DNA of 62,377 nucleotides, the filler included. It is 4 parts of 4 records of this genome, joined end to end, with 100 filler letters (N's around TTAATTAATTAA, not from the genome) between each part and the next. Parts side by side here need not be neighbours in the genome. Positions count along the whole stretch, not along the records: positions 50,375 to 62,377 come from DRR378314_876; 3 more parts are not named here. One strand, 5' to 3'. The notes under the pieces were generated by a model. That model saw only the letters and a list, made by a program, of their open reading frames with translations, had not been told where the DNA came from and made no database searches. The position numbers and the translations under genes were made by a program. This document shows, piece after piece, positions 50,421 through 60,900 of this stretch; positions within the stretch are counted from its first letter, which is position 1; every line of letters starts with the position of its first letter.

Positions 50421-51202
50421 CGGCCTTCGTCGCTCATCATGCGGCGGATGTGCAGGTCCAGTTGCCGGTACTCGGGGTGTTCGAGCATGGCTTCCCGGTC
50501 GCCGCCCAGCGACGCCTTGAAGCCGGGGCGGATGGTCTCGCGCAGCCGGCCCGGGTGGCTGGACAGGAAGAACACCACGTCGCCCAGGTAGAGCGCCTCC
50601 TCGATGTCGTGGGACACCAGCAGCACCGTGGTGCGCTCCTTGCGCACGATCTCCAGCAGCAGTGACTGCATCTGCCAGCGGGTCTCCGGGTCCAGCGCCC
50701 CGAACGGCTCGTCCATCAGCAGCAGGGCCGGGTGGTTGGCCAGGGTGCGGGCGATCGCCACCCGCTGGCGCATGCCGCCGGACAGTTCGTGCGGGTAGGC
50801 ATCGGCCACGTCGCCCAGGCGCACCGCGTCGATGAAGTAGTCCACCGCCCCTTCCCGCAGGCTGCTGCTGTCGCCGGTGATGCGCAGCCCGTAGGCCACG
50901 TTCTGGCGCACCGTCAGCCAGGGAAAGGAGGTGTAGCTCTGGAACACCATGCCCCGGTCGCGGCCGGGGCCGGTGATCGCCTGGCCGTTGAGGGCCAGGG
51001 CGCCGGTGGTGGGCTCTTCCAGGCCCGCCACCATGCGCAGCAGCGTGGATTTGCCGCAGCCGGAGGGGCCCAGCAGCACCCCCACCTGGCCGGGGGCGAG
51101 CTGCAGCGAGACATCCTCCAGGGCGGTGCGCGCATGGCGCGTGCCGGCCCGGAAGGTCTTGCCCACGCGGCTCAGGGTCAGCCCGTTGTGGTTCGGATCC
51201 AT
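50375..51202 (-). CDS. NitT/TauT-family ABC transporter ATP-binding protein (no stop before the contig end)
   Basis: Start [50 protein letters not shown]. Confidence 0.9.
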
Positions 51203-51231
51203 AAGGCGTTCTCTCCTTTCCAGGGACGCGT

Positions 51232-52257
51232 TTATTCGCTCAGCACGGCTTCCAGCGGCGCGGTGTTCACACCGGCGTCGATGGGGTGGCGCTCGTCGAT
51301 CAGGCCGAACTTGAGCCACCAGTCGGTGGTGGTTTCCCAGTGCTGCGCCATCTGGCCGTTCTGCGGGCCCAGGGGCAGCTCGCCGGGAATCACGCCCATG
51401 AATTTGCCGGCCTGTTCGGCGTCGAACACCCAGATGCCGCCCTTGAGAATCTCGCCGTCCTTGCCGATCACTTTTTCCACGTCGGCGACCGGGAAGTTCA
51501 GCCCCTTGGCGATGATCTTGTTGCCCTCTTCCGGGTTCTCTTTCCAGAACGCCACCGCCTTGAAGTAGGCTTCCATGGTCTTGGCGGCCAGCTCCGGCTT
51601 GTCGAGGAAGGCGTCGCTCATGTACATGCCGTCGCCGAGCAGCGCGGTTTCAATCCAGTCGCCCTCGGCGGAGGACGCGGCCACGGTGGCGCCGGGCAGG
51701 GCCTCCAGCGCTTGCGAGCCGAACGGTTCCCAGAATTCAGCGGCTTTCACATTGCCGCCCACCAGCGCGCCCACGGCGTCGTCCATGATCAGGTTGGTGA
51801 ACTGCACGTCCTTGATGCTGACGCCGTTCTGCTCCAGCCAGATGCCCATGAAGATCTGCGTGAGGCCGCCTTCCAGCACCGCCACCGATTCGCCCTTCAG
51901 GTCCTCGGCGCTGTCCACGCCCGGCGCCAGCACGATCTTGTCGGTGCCGTAGGAGGGGTTGGTGTAGGTGACCAGCTTCACGGGCACCTCCTTGTCGGCG
52001 GCGATGGGGCCGTATTCGGCGGTGCTGGAGGTCACGTCCAGGGCGCCGGCGGACATCAGCGAGAAGCTCTCGTAGGGGTCCTCGATGATGGTGATTTCCA
52101 GGTCCAGGTCCGGCACCAGGTTTTTCTCCTGGGCGATGAACCAGAAGCCGTAGCCGGGCCAGGAGAACAGCGACACCCGCACGGTGTCGGCGGCGTGGGC
52201 CGCCGCGGCGGAGAAGCTCAGGCCCGCCGCCAGCATCAGGGTTTTAACGATACGCAT
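51232..52257 (-). CDS. NitT/TauT (NMT1/SsuA-like) ABC substrate-binding protein
   Basis: Signal peptide MRIVKTLMLAAGLSFSAAAAHA. WPGYGFWFIAQEK, SYGTDKIV, DLKGESVA, FWEPF. Confidence 0.85.
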   Translation of the reverse strand: MRIVKTLMLAAGLSFSAAAAHAADTVRVSLFSWPGYGFWFIAQEKNLVPDLDLEITIIEDPYESFSLMSAGALDVTSSTAEYGPIAADKEVPVKLVTYTNPSYGTDKIVLAPGVDSAEDLKGESVAVLEGGLTQIFMGIWLEQNGVSIKDVQFTNLIMDDAVGALVGGNVKAAEFWEPFGSQALEALPGATVAASSAEGDWIETALLGDGMYMSDAFLDKPELAAKTMEAYFKAVAFWKENPEEGNKIIAKGLNFPVADVEKVIGKDGEILKGGIWVFDAEQAGKFMGVIPGELPLGPQNGQMAQHWETTTDWWLKFGLIDERHPIDAGVNTAPLEAVLSE

Positions 52258-52283
52258 GGTAATGACTCCTCGGGGAACGAAAT

Positions 52284-53171
52284 TCACTGGTGGCCACCGC
52301 GCAGATACGGGAACCACCAGCGGTGCAGAACTCGGAACAGGGCGTCCAGGGCCAGGCCCAGCAGCCCGATGGTGACGATGCCGGCCATGATGTCGTCGAC
52401 GTGCACGAAGCGCTTGGCGCGCATCATCATGGCGCCGATGCCGTCGGTGGCGGCGACGATCTCGGCGATCACCAGGTAGGTCCAGCTCACCGCCAGCATC
52501 TGCCGGCAGGTGTCCAGATAGCCCGGCAGCGAATGGCGGAACACCACCGTCCACAGCACCGCGCGGCGGCCGCCGCCCAGGGTTTTGGCGGTCTCCACGA
52601 ACGCCGCCGGCACCTGCCGGGTGACGTCGGCGAGCATGATGGAAAGGAAGAACACCACGCCGATCAGCAGCAGCGCGATCTTCTGGCTGTCGCCGGTGCC
52701 CAGCCACATCAGCAGCAGCGGGATGAACGCCGGCGCCGGCAAGTACCGGCAGGCGCCCAGGAACGGGTTGAGCACGCCGTCGACGCGGGCGAAGGCGCCC
52801 ATCAGCAGCCCCAGCGGCAGCGCCACGGACACCGCCAGCCCGAAACTCACCAGAATCCGGCGCACACTGGCCAGCACGTCGCCGAGAAAGGCTTTCTCGA
52901 CGAACAGCTCCTGCAGGGAAGCAAGCACCTGCAGCGGCCCGGGGAACAGGCGGTCCGGCGCCAGGCCGGCGTTGGCGGCCAGGTACCAGCCGGCGAAAAA
53001 CACCAGCCAGCCGGCGCTACCCAGCAGCAGCCGCTGACGCCAGTCCAGGGTCTGCCCGAAGTCCAGCCAGCGGCGGCGCGGCCGGGCGGCGGCGGGGGCG
53101 GCACTCTCAACATGCCCCGCGCGGGCGCCGGTGGCGCCGGTGACGAGGCGGTCCTGCAGGGAAACGGTCAT
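52284..53171 (-). CDS. NitT/TauT-family ABC transporter permease
   Basis: Start MTVSLQDR after AAGAGGAG. RYLPAPAFIPL, VETAKTLG, WTYLVIAE, GIGAMM. Confidence 0.88.
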   Translation of the reverse strand: MTVSLQDRLVTGATGARAGHVESAAPAAARPRRRWLDFGQTLDWRQRLLLGSAGWLVFFAGWYLAANAGLAPDRLFPGPLQVLASLQELFVEKAFLGDVLASVRRILVSFGLAVSVALPLGLLMGAFARVDGVLNPFLGACRYLPAPAFIPLLLMWLGTGDSQKIALLLIGVVFFLSIMLADVTRQVPAAFVETAKTLGGGRRAVLWTVVFRHSLPGYLDTCRQMLAVSWTYLVIAEIVAATDGIGAMMMRAKRFVHVDDIMAGIVTIGLLGLALDALFRVLHRWWFPYLRGGHQ

Positions 53172-53200
53172 AGGCGGCTCCTCTTTACCGGCCAAAGGGT

Positions 53201-54220
53201 TCAAAACGCGGTCAGGAAGCTGAGCCCGTAGACCGGCACCGCCCGGCCTTCGCGCATCGCCTGGGGCGCCGGCACCTGGCCGTAGGTCTCGGCGTGAATG
53301 CCGGCCAGGCGGTGGCGGTGATAGCTGCGCAGCTGGTCGCTGAACGCCAGGGTGCGCTGGTACTCGTCGCCGTACAGTTCCCGGTGCAGGGCCGGCAGCT
53401 TGTACCAGGGCAAGGTGGGCTTCACGTGGTGCGCGTTGTGGTAGCAGAAGTTGAGCACCAGCAGGTTGAGCGCCGGCCAGCGGCGCGATATCGGGTTGCT
53501 GTAGGTGTTGTCGTTCTCGTAATCGCGGTCGCCTTTGTGGGGCAGCGGCGCGTCCGGATTGTTGAGAATGGCGATAATCTCGTAGTTGTGCTGAAAGGCG
53601 TCGAAGAAACGCAGCACGGTGAGCATCAGGGTGTAGGCCAGCGCGTACAGCAGCACCGCTTTGATACTCCACAGCGCCAGCAGCGCCAATACGCCGAAAC
53701 GCACCGCCAGCACCAGCGCCGCCCGGGGCCGCTGGGCCTTGTCCGCGTAGCCGATGAACGGCGCCAACATCAGAACCGCGTGCATCATGTAATCCACCGC
53801 CGGCACATAGGCCCACTCCAGGGCGAACACCAGTTTCTCGGTGCGCGGGTGCGCCTTGAGCCAGGCCCGGTAGTCAAAGGCGATGGTGTCGGCGTTATCC
53901 ACGTGATGGCGCATGTGCTTGTAACGCAGATCCTCGTAGGTGCCATAGCAGCCCCCGGTGAACCAGTTGAGTGCCCGTCCCAGACGGGTGTTGTGTTCCA
54001 CCTTCTTGAACAGCGCGTTGTGGGCGCAGTCGTGCACCAGGTAGGCGGCGATCACCATGGCGTGGCCACAGGCCAGCACGCCCAGGGCGGGCAGTAACCA
54101 GCCCGGCTGGGCCATCAGCAGCCAGCCGCCCACATAGCCAAGCAGGATGTAGGCCAGGACCAGCAGATTGGGTACCAGGGCGTCCGGATGACGCAGGGAT
54201 TGCTGTATCGATTTCATCAC
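53201..54220 (-). CDS. Fatty-acid-desaturase-superfamily membrane di-iron enzyme
   Basis: Three His boxes HDCAH, HMRHH and HNAHH, plus FQH and PWYKLP, with several TM segments. Confidence 0.85.
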   Translation of the reverse strand: MMKSIQQSLRHPDALVPNLLVLAYILLGYVGGWLLMAQPGWLLPALGVLACGHAMVIAAYLVHDCAHNALFKKVEHNTRLGRALNWFTGGCYGTYEDLRYKHMRHHVDNADTIAFDYRAWLKAHPRTEKLVFALEWAYVPAVDYMMHAVLMLAPFIGYADKAQRPRAALVLAVRFGVLALLALWSIKAVLLYALAYTLMLTVLRFFDAFQHNYEIIAILNNPDAPLPHKGDRDYENDNTYSNPISRRWPALNLLVLNFCYHNAHHVKPTLPWYKLPALHRELYGDEYQRTLAFSDQLRSYHRHRLAGIHAETYGQVPAPQAMREGRAVPVYGLSFLTAF

Positions 54221-54235
54221 CGTTCTCTCCTCTGC

Positions 54236-55102
54236 TCAGGCCACCTGGTCGCGGCCGGCGGCAGCGGCGCGCCAGCGATGGAAATGGCGTTGTTGGCAAT
54301 CGCCGATCCAGCGGTTGAGATCCCACAGATCGGCCACCGGGGCGTGGGTGAACGGCAGGGTGTGCAGATAGCCGTCCGGGCCGAATTCCGGTGTCAGGGT
54401 GGTTTGCGCCAGGCCGCGGCGGCGCTGGGCCTGCCAGACCGCTTCCCAGCAGCGCTGGTGGGAGGCCAGCGCGGTGGCGTATTCCGGCGCGCCGGGGTGC
54501 GGCACCTGGGGGCCCTGGTCGTAGCCGACCCGGGCATGGACGTGCAGGGCCTGCTCGGCGACCCGCTCGATGCAGTCCCATTCGCTGTCGGGCAGGCGTT
54601 CGCAGACCACCGCCCAGTGGCTGAAGTCGCAGGTCACCGGCAGGGTCGGCACCCGGTCGAGCACCGCCACCGTGGTCCAGGGGTTGAAGAAGCTGCGCCC
54701 GCGATGGGTTTCAAAGCTGGCGGTGACGCCGACCCGCTCGGCGATTTCGTGGGCCTCGGCGAAGAAGCGCACGCTGTCTTCCAGCGGCCAGGCGTCGCAG
54801 CCGCCCATAACATTGGCGAACTCGGCGCCCAGGGCGCGGCCGTCACGCAGCTGGGTTTCGAAGTCTTCCAGGTGCTCGGCGACGCTGGCGTCGCGGCGCG
54901 GCACATAGCTGCCGGCGGTGCAGATTTCCTGAATCCAGCGCAGGCCGTGCCCGTGCAGGGCCCCGGCCAGATCGTCGCGGGCCGCGCCGGCTTGCGGCAG
55001 CGGCGCTTCCAGGCCGTCGAAGCCGGCGGCCACGGCCAGGGCGGCGGCCTGCTCCGGGGTGCCCGGGTGGCCCCACAGGGTTTTGAATCGCAATAACTGC
55101 AT
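54236..55102 (-). CDS. Xylose-isomerase-like TIM-barrel protein (sugar phosphate isomerase/epimerase, AP-endonuclease-2 fold)
   Basis: GFDGLE and candidate metal-ligand motifs FETHR, CDFSHW, HVHAR, TPEFGP. Confidence 0.78.
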   Translation of the reverse strand: MQLLRFKTLWGHPGTPEQAAALAVAAGFDGLEAPLPQAGAARDDLAGALHGHGLRWIQEICTAGSYVPRRDASVAEHLEDFETQLRDGRALGAEFANVMGGCDAWPLEDSVRFFAEAHEIAERVGVTASFETHRGRSFFNPWTTVAVLDRVPTLPVTCDFSHWAVVCERLPDSEWDCIERVAEQALHVHARVGYDQGPQVPHPGAPEYATALASHQRCWEAVWQAQRRRGLAQTTLTPEFGPDGYLHTLPFTHAPVADLWDLNRWIGDCQQRHFHRWRAAAAGRDQVA

Positions 55103-55155
55103 GGTGCTCCTCGTGGTTCCGGTGAGTGGTTAAAAACCTTGCTTAACCCCTCAGG

Positions 55156-55171
55156 AGCAACAGCTATGCCA
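55156..55171 (-). promoter_or_regulatory. Sigma-54 (-24/-12) promoter
   Basis: Minus strand TGGCATAGCTGTTGCT, near-perfect consensus, 54 bp upstream of the TIM-barrel start. Confidence 0.85.
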
Positions 55172-55246
55172 ACCCTCTAAACCCCTATAAATACATGCAA
55201 TTCTGCATATTTAAAGACGAAAACGCCCGGAATCGCGCCGACGGCG

Positions 55247-55282
55247 CGCCCCATTTCGGGGAGAGCGCACCAAAAAGAAGCG
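55247..55282. promoter_or_regulatory. Tandem NtrC-type enhancer sites
   Basis: CGCCCC-ATTTC-GGGGAG (55247-55263) and CGCACC-AAAAA-GAAGCG (55266-55282) resemble TGCACC-N5-GGTGCA and lie about 75-110 bp upstream of the -24 box. Confidence 0.55.
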
Positions 55283-55286
55283 CGGT

Positions 55287-55574
55287 TCAGGCGGCGCGGC
55301 GGCGCCTCATCCAGACACGGCCGGCCACGGCGCCGTTAATCACCCAGGCGAGCGCCACCAGGGCGCCCGCTACGGGCCAGCGGCGGGCCTCTTCGAGCAC
55401 CGGCGCGTCCGGCACGGTAAGCAGGAACAACAGGGTCTCCAGGGCCGCCAGCAACAGCGGCGCCAGCAGATCCGCGGGCCAGTGCAGCTGGATGCCGCCG
55501 GCGTTGAGCAGTGCGCGCCCGCCACTCAACGCCAGCCAGATAACAATAATACCGCCCGCCAGAACTGCCGCCAC
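55287..55574 (-). CDS. Small hypothetical membrane protein (about 3 TM)
   Basis: AAGGAG RBS then GTG, hydrophobic segments and a basic C-terminus. Confidence 0.55.
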   Translation of the reverse strand: MAAVLAGGIIVIWLALSGGRALLNAGGIQLHWPADLLAPLLLAALETLLFLLTVPDAPVLEEARRWPVAGALVALAWVINGAVAGRVWMRRRRAA

Positions 55575-55758
55575 GGAGACTCCTTGAAGATTGCATCGGT
55601 GAAACCTGAATGATGGGGCGCCGGGCGGCGGGCTGCAAGCGGCGGGCGCCCCGCACCCCGCGCCGGCCGCTTCTTAAAAGAATGCTAAAGATTCGCCGCT
55701 GTCCCGGTTTCCTGAGGCATACTCCAGGCTCATGGATCGTTACCGCACGGAGGTAGTA

Positions 55759-55959
55759 ATGAACAGCGATCAGTTGAAAGGCAATTGGAAACAACTCATG
55801 GGCGATGCCAAGAAGCAGTGGGGCAAGCTCACCGATGACGACCTGAAGCAGGTCGAAGGCCGCAAGGACAAGCTGGTCGGCAAGATTCAGGAGCGCTATG
55901 GCTCCAGCCGCGAAGAAGCGGAGAAGCAAGCCGATGACTGGCTCGGCAAGCACGGCTGA
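55759..55959 (+). CDS. csbD: CsbD/YjbJ-family stress protein
   Basis: MNSDQLKGNWKQLMGDAKKQWGKLTDDDL...GKIQERYG with GGAGG RBS. Confidence 0.92.
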   Translation: MNSDQLKGNWKQLMGDAKKQWGKLTDDDLKQVEGRKDKLVGKIQERYGSSREEAEKQADDWLGKHG

Positions 55960-55989
55960 TCTGCAAGCCTGATCTGCCTGAGTACCCAG

Positions 55990-56018
55990 CGGGCCGGCGT
56001 CACAGCCGGCCCGTTTTT
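55990..56018 (+). terminator. Intrinsic terminator after csbD
   Basis: CGGGCCGGC-GTCACA-GCCGGCCCG-TTTTT. Confidence 0.8.
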
Positions 56019-56046
56019 GGTCCGGCCCGGTACTTTTATAAACACC

Positions 56047-57768
56047 CTATAAAAGCGCGTACAACTCCTGCCACGGCATCGGTTTGCCGAACAAATAGCC
56101 CTGCCCTTCCCGGCACCCCAGTTGCCGCAGCACCTCCGCCTGTTGCTCGGTTTCTATGCCTTCGGCGGTGATCGAGAACCCGAACGTTTCCGCCAGCTGA
56201 ATCATCGCCTGCACCACGGCATGGTCCTCGCCGGACTCGTGAATCGCATCGACGAAGCTTTTGTCCACCTTGAGCCGGGTGATCGGGAATTCCTTGAGCA
56301 TGCTGAGCGAGGCGTAGCCGGTGCCGAAGTCATCGAAGGCCAGCTGGCAGCCCAGGGACCGCAGGTCGTTGAGGGTGTTCTTGAGGCGGTTGTCGCTGTT
56401 GATGATCACCCGTTCGGTGATCTCGATCTCCAGCCCTTCGCCGGGCAGACCGGTCTCGCGCAGGGTATCGGCCACCATGCGCGCCAGCCCGCCCAATTTG
56501 AACTGGGCGGAGAACAGGTTCACCGCCATGCACAGCGGGCGGCCCTGCCGGTGCAGCAGCGCGCCCTTGGCGCAGGCCTGGCGGATCACCCAGTCGCCGA
56601 GAATCCGCGCCATCGGGCTGCCCTTGAGCAGCGGCAGGAATTCCCCGGGCGCCAGCAGGCCGCGGTGCGGATGGTGCCAGCGCAGCAGGGCCTCGGCGCC
56701 GACGATCTTGCCGTCGCTGAGCCGTACCTGGGGCTGGTAATACAGTTCGAACTGCTCACCGAGCACGGCGGTGCGCAGGTCCGCGCTCATGTCCTGGCGT
56801 GCCCGCAGCGCCTTGCGCAGCGCCGGCTGGTAGACCCGGCTGGCGCCGTAGCCGGCGGCCTTGGCGTCGGCCAGCGCCAGGTGGGCGTCACTGAGCAGGG
56901 TTCTGGCGCAGCCTTGCGGGGCCGCGAAGGCAATGCCCACATGCCCGCTGATCGCCACCGGGCGGTCCTTGATCATGAAGGTTTCCAGCAAGGCGCCGTG
57001 GACCGCTTCCGCCAGCTGGATCAGCGCCCGGGCCTGGTCCTGGTCGGGCAGCATCACGGCGAATTCCTCGCCGGTGGTGCGCGACAGCAGGGCCCCCTCC
57101 GGCAACAGCCGGGTGAGACGCGCGGCGGTCAGCTGCAGCAGCCGGTTGCCGGCCTCCTGGCCCAGGGTATCGCTGACTTCCTGGAAGCCGTCCAGCTCCA
57201 GCAGCAGGCAGCCGGCGGGCCGCTCCTGATCAAGCACGGACTGGGTCTGTTCGGTGAGCAGTTTCTGGTTGGCGAGGCCGGTGAGTTCGTCGTAGTGCGC
57301 CTCGTAGAACAGCTTGACCTGTTCCTCCTGCTGGTCGGACACATCGCGGAACACACCCAGCATGCGGGCCGGCCGGTTGTCCTGGTCGAACACCAGCTGT
57401 GCCGAGCAACGCACCAGGGCGAGCCGCCCCAGGTCCCGGCGGTGGGCCCGGAAAGTCACTTCGAAATGGCCGCTGACCGCCGCCGCCAGGGCGCCGCGCA
57501 CCACCTGGCGCACGCCGTCGCGGTCGTCCGGGTGAACGAACTCCCAGAACAAACGGGTACTGGCGGGGCCGCCCTCGGGGATGCCCACCATGCGGATAAT
57601 GTTTGGTGACGCCCAGAAGGTGTTCTCACGCAGGTCGTGATCCCAGATACCCAGGTCGTCGGAATCCAACGCCGCCTGCAGCCGTTCCTCCACCACCGAG
57701 GCGGGGCTGTCGGTCCGCGCCACAATGTTCTTTTTCGCGGTAGCGGCCTCCCCGCGCGAATCCTTCAT
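56047..57768 (-). CDS. PAS-GGDEF(degenerate)-EAL protein, probable c-di-GMP phosphodiesterase
   Basis: PAS motif VHPDDR. TGEEF in place of GG(D/E)EF. EAL domain intact (EALLRW, EITE, DDFGTGYASL, EGIET). Start uncertain. Confidence 0.88.
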   Translation of the reverse strand: MKDSRGEAATAKKNIVARTDSPASVVEERLQAALDSDDLGIWDHDLRENTFWASPNIIRMVGIPEGGPASTRLFWEFVHPDDRDGVRQVVRGALAAAVSGHFEVTFRAHRRDLGRLALVRCSAQLVFDQDNRPARMLGVFRDVSDQQEEQVKLFYEAHYDELTGLANQKLLTEQTQSVLDQERPAGCLLLELDGFQEVSDTLGQEAGNRLLQLTAARLTRLLPEGALLSRTTGEEFAVMLPDQDQARALIQLAEAVHGALLETFMIKDRPVAISGHVGIAFAAPQGCARTLLSDAHLALADAKAAGYGASRVYQPALRKALRARQDMSADLRTAVLGEQFELYYQPQVRLSDGKIVGAEALLRWHHPHRGLLAPGEFLPLLKGSPMARILGDWVIRQACAKGALLHRQGRPLCMAVNLFSAQFKLGGLARMVADTLRETGLPGEGLEIEITERVIINSDNRLKNTLNDLRSLGCQLAFDDFGTGYASLSMLKEFPITRLKVDKSFVDAIHESGEDHAVVQAMIQLAETFGFSITAEGIETEQQAEVLRQLGCREGQGYLFGKPMPWQELYALL

Positions 57769-57992
57769 GTGATCCCCAGACAGCGTTTTCGAGCAAGGGG
57801 AGCGAACCCGAACTCGCTCCCCGCGCCTCCCCCTGGCGCCCATCTTCATGCTGTCCCTGCACGTCCCCGATGTATGCACTGGGTTTTATACCATCACGGG
57901 GCGGTGAATAGGTGCAAATATGAAAAACTGGCGTTTTAACGGTGAATTTTTGACCGCCTGGCAGGTACGGGGGCCTCGGTGTGCCCCCGGTT

Positions 57993-60900
57993 TCAGACGC
58001 GCGGCGGGTTCATTCGATAGGCCAGCGTGTAAAGCACCGGCACCACGATCAGGGTGAGTATCGTGGCGAAGCCCAGGCCGAACATGATTACCGCCGCCAT
58101 GGATTTGAAGAAGGCGTCGAACAACAACGGCACCATGCCCAGGATGGTGGTCACGGCGGTCATGCAGACCGGGCGCACCCTGGTCACGGAAGCATGGATC
58201 ACCGCGTCCAGGGCGTCCGCTCCGGCTTTCAGCTCCAGCTTGATCTGCTCCACCAGAACGATGCCGTTCTTCACCAGCATGCCGGACAGGCTCAAAAAGC
58301 CCAGCAACGCCATAAAGCTGAACGGTGCGTTAAAAACCAACAACCCCACGGTCACGCCGATGATCGCCAGCGGCACCGTAGCCCAGATCACCAGCGGCTG
58401 ACGCAGGCTGTCGAACAGCAGGATGGTGATAATGAACATGAAAAGGTATCCCAGCGGCACGCTGGCGAACACCGCCTTCTGGGCGTCCTGGGTGAGTTCG
58501 TATTCGCCGCCCCAGGTGAGTTCGTAGCCGGCCGGCAACGGCAGCGCTTCGATCTCCGGGCGCACGCGCCGCAGTACCTGATCGCCGGTTTCATCGCCGA
58601 GCACGTCCGGCTCCGCCTGAACGGTGAGGGTGCGTTTGCGGTCACGGCGCAGGATCAAACCGTTTTCCAGATCGGTTTCAAAGCTGGAGACGATCTGCCG
58701 GATGGCGATGTAATCCTCAAGCACCGGCGACCAAACACGTACCTGATCCAGGTTGTCCGCGCCCAGGCGCTCCTGGTCCGGGGGCCGGGCGAGGATCGGC
58801 AGCAGGTCGGCGCCATCGCGGAACAGGCCGACCTCGAGACCGGAGAAATTCATTTCCAGAGCGTCCTCGAGGTCGGCCCGGGTAACGCCGGCGCGCCGGG
58901 CCTGGGCTTGCTCGAATTGCGGCCGGATCACTTTTTCCTTCTGCCGCCAATCGTGGCGAATGCTTTCCAGGCCCGGGTCGGCTTCCATGATGGCTTCGAC
59001 CTCCACGGCCAGGGCGCGCAGCACCGCCGGGTCAGGGCCGGAAAGCCGTGCCTCGATGGTGGCGTTAGCGGTGGGGCCGATCATCAAACGCTTGAGCTTG
59101 GCGAAGGCGGACGGGTGATGGTTGTCGATCCAGTCCCGGGTTTGCGCGATCACCCCATCAATGTTTTCCCGCTGGTCGACCCTGACGATCAGCTGCGCGT
59201 AGGAGGGATAGGTCTTTTGCGGGAAGTACGGCAGCATGAAACGTTGCGCGCCCTGGCCGATGGTGCTTGTCACCCCGGTAACATGCTCGGTGTCGCCCAG
59301 GGCGCCCTCCAGATGCTGCACGCGCTCGCTGGTGGCACGGATATCGCTGCCCTGGGGCAGCCAGTAATCGACCAGAAAGATGGGCGTATTGGACGGCGGG
59401 AAGAACGATTGCTTCACCAATCCGAAACCGCCCACCGCGGCCAGCAACAACACCACCATGGACAGCAGCGTCACCACCCGGTGCCGGATGGCCTTGCCCA
59501 GCAGGCGCCGGTAGAGCTGAAAGAAGCGGCCTTTATAGGGGTCCTCCCCCTGGTCCCCGTCGTCGTTTTCAGAGCCGTCCCGGTCGCGGGAAAAGATCAG
59601 GTGGCCGAAGAACGGGGTCAGCGTGATGGCCACCACCCAACTCAACATCAGGGAGATCAGCAGTACCCAGAACAGGCTGTTGGTGAATTCCCCGGAGGCA
59701 TCGCTGGACAGGCCGATGGGCGCGAACGCGGTAATCGCGATCACCGTGGCGCCGAGTAGCGGCCAGGCGGTCTGCCGTACGATTTCCGCGGCGGCCGCCA
59801 CCTTGGACAGCCCCCGTTTTATGCCCACCAGAATGCCTTCGGTAATGACGATGGCGTTGTCCACCAGCATCCCCAGGGCAATGATCAGCGCGCCCAGGGA
59901 AATACGCTGCAGCTCAATGCCGAGCACCGCCATGACGATAAAGGTGCCAAGAATGGTGAGCATCAGAATGCCGCCCATCAGTACACCGGAGCGCAGTCCC
60001 ATGAACAGCAACAGCACGCCGATCACGATCATCACCGCCTGGGCCAGGTTCCAGAGGAAGGCGTTAACGGAACGTTCCACTTCCCGAGGCTGGTCGTAGA
60101 CCGTGGACAGCTCCATGCCGGCGGGCTGACGGTAGTCCAGCTGTTCCAGCCGCTGGCGGACCCGTTCGCCCACTTCCACCACGTTAACGCCCGGCGCGAA
60201 GGAAATCCCCAGGGTCAGAGCCGGCGCGCCCTGATGGCGATAGAGATGACGCGGCACCTCACGATAGTCCCGCTCGATGTTGGCCACGTCCCCCAGGTAA
60301 ACCAATTGCTCGGCGCCCGGGTCCGAGATCAACAAATCCCGCATCGCCTCCACCGAGTCGAAGTCACCGGTGGGCGCGATGCGCAGATATTCATCACCCA
60401 CGCGCACCCGCCCGGCCGGGTTCACCGCGTTCTGGGTATCCAGCAGCGAGAAAATCCGGTCCTGGCTGATGCCGAGATTGGCAAGACGTTCCCGGGACAA
60501 CTCGACGAACACCTGTTCCTGGCGCTGGCCGCCCACCTGGACCTTGCCGACGCCTTCCACCAATACCAGCTCACGGACCAGGACGTCGGCGTAATCCTTG
60601 AGGTCCTGATACTCATAGCCGTCGCCGGTGAGCGCCAGCAGGATGCCGTACACGTCGCCGAAGTCGTCGATCACCTGGATGCCGTTGGTGCCCGGCGGCA
60701 ATCGCGGCTGCAGGTCGCGGATCTTGCGGCGCAGCTCGTCCCAGATCTGCTTCAGATCGTCTTCACGGTAGATGGGCTTCATCTCCACGGTGATCTGGGA
60801 CAGACCGGCGCTGGAGATCGACGTGACGTAATCGACATAGGAGAGGCTCTGAATCGCCTTTTCCACTGGCAGGGTCACTTCCTCTTCCACTTCGCGAGAG

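Noticed and set aside
52284-53816. Apparent 510-aa permease and other N-terminally extended ORFs (51232-52707, 57993-61247, 40552-41388)
   Set aside because: The extensions overlap upstream genes in another frame. Internal starts with good RBSs give normal-length proteins, so these are not fusions.
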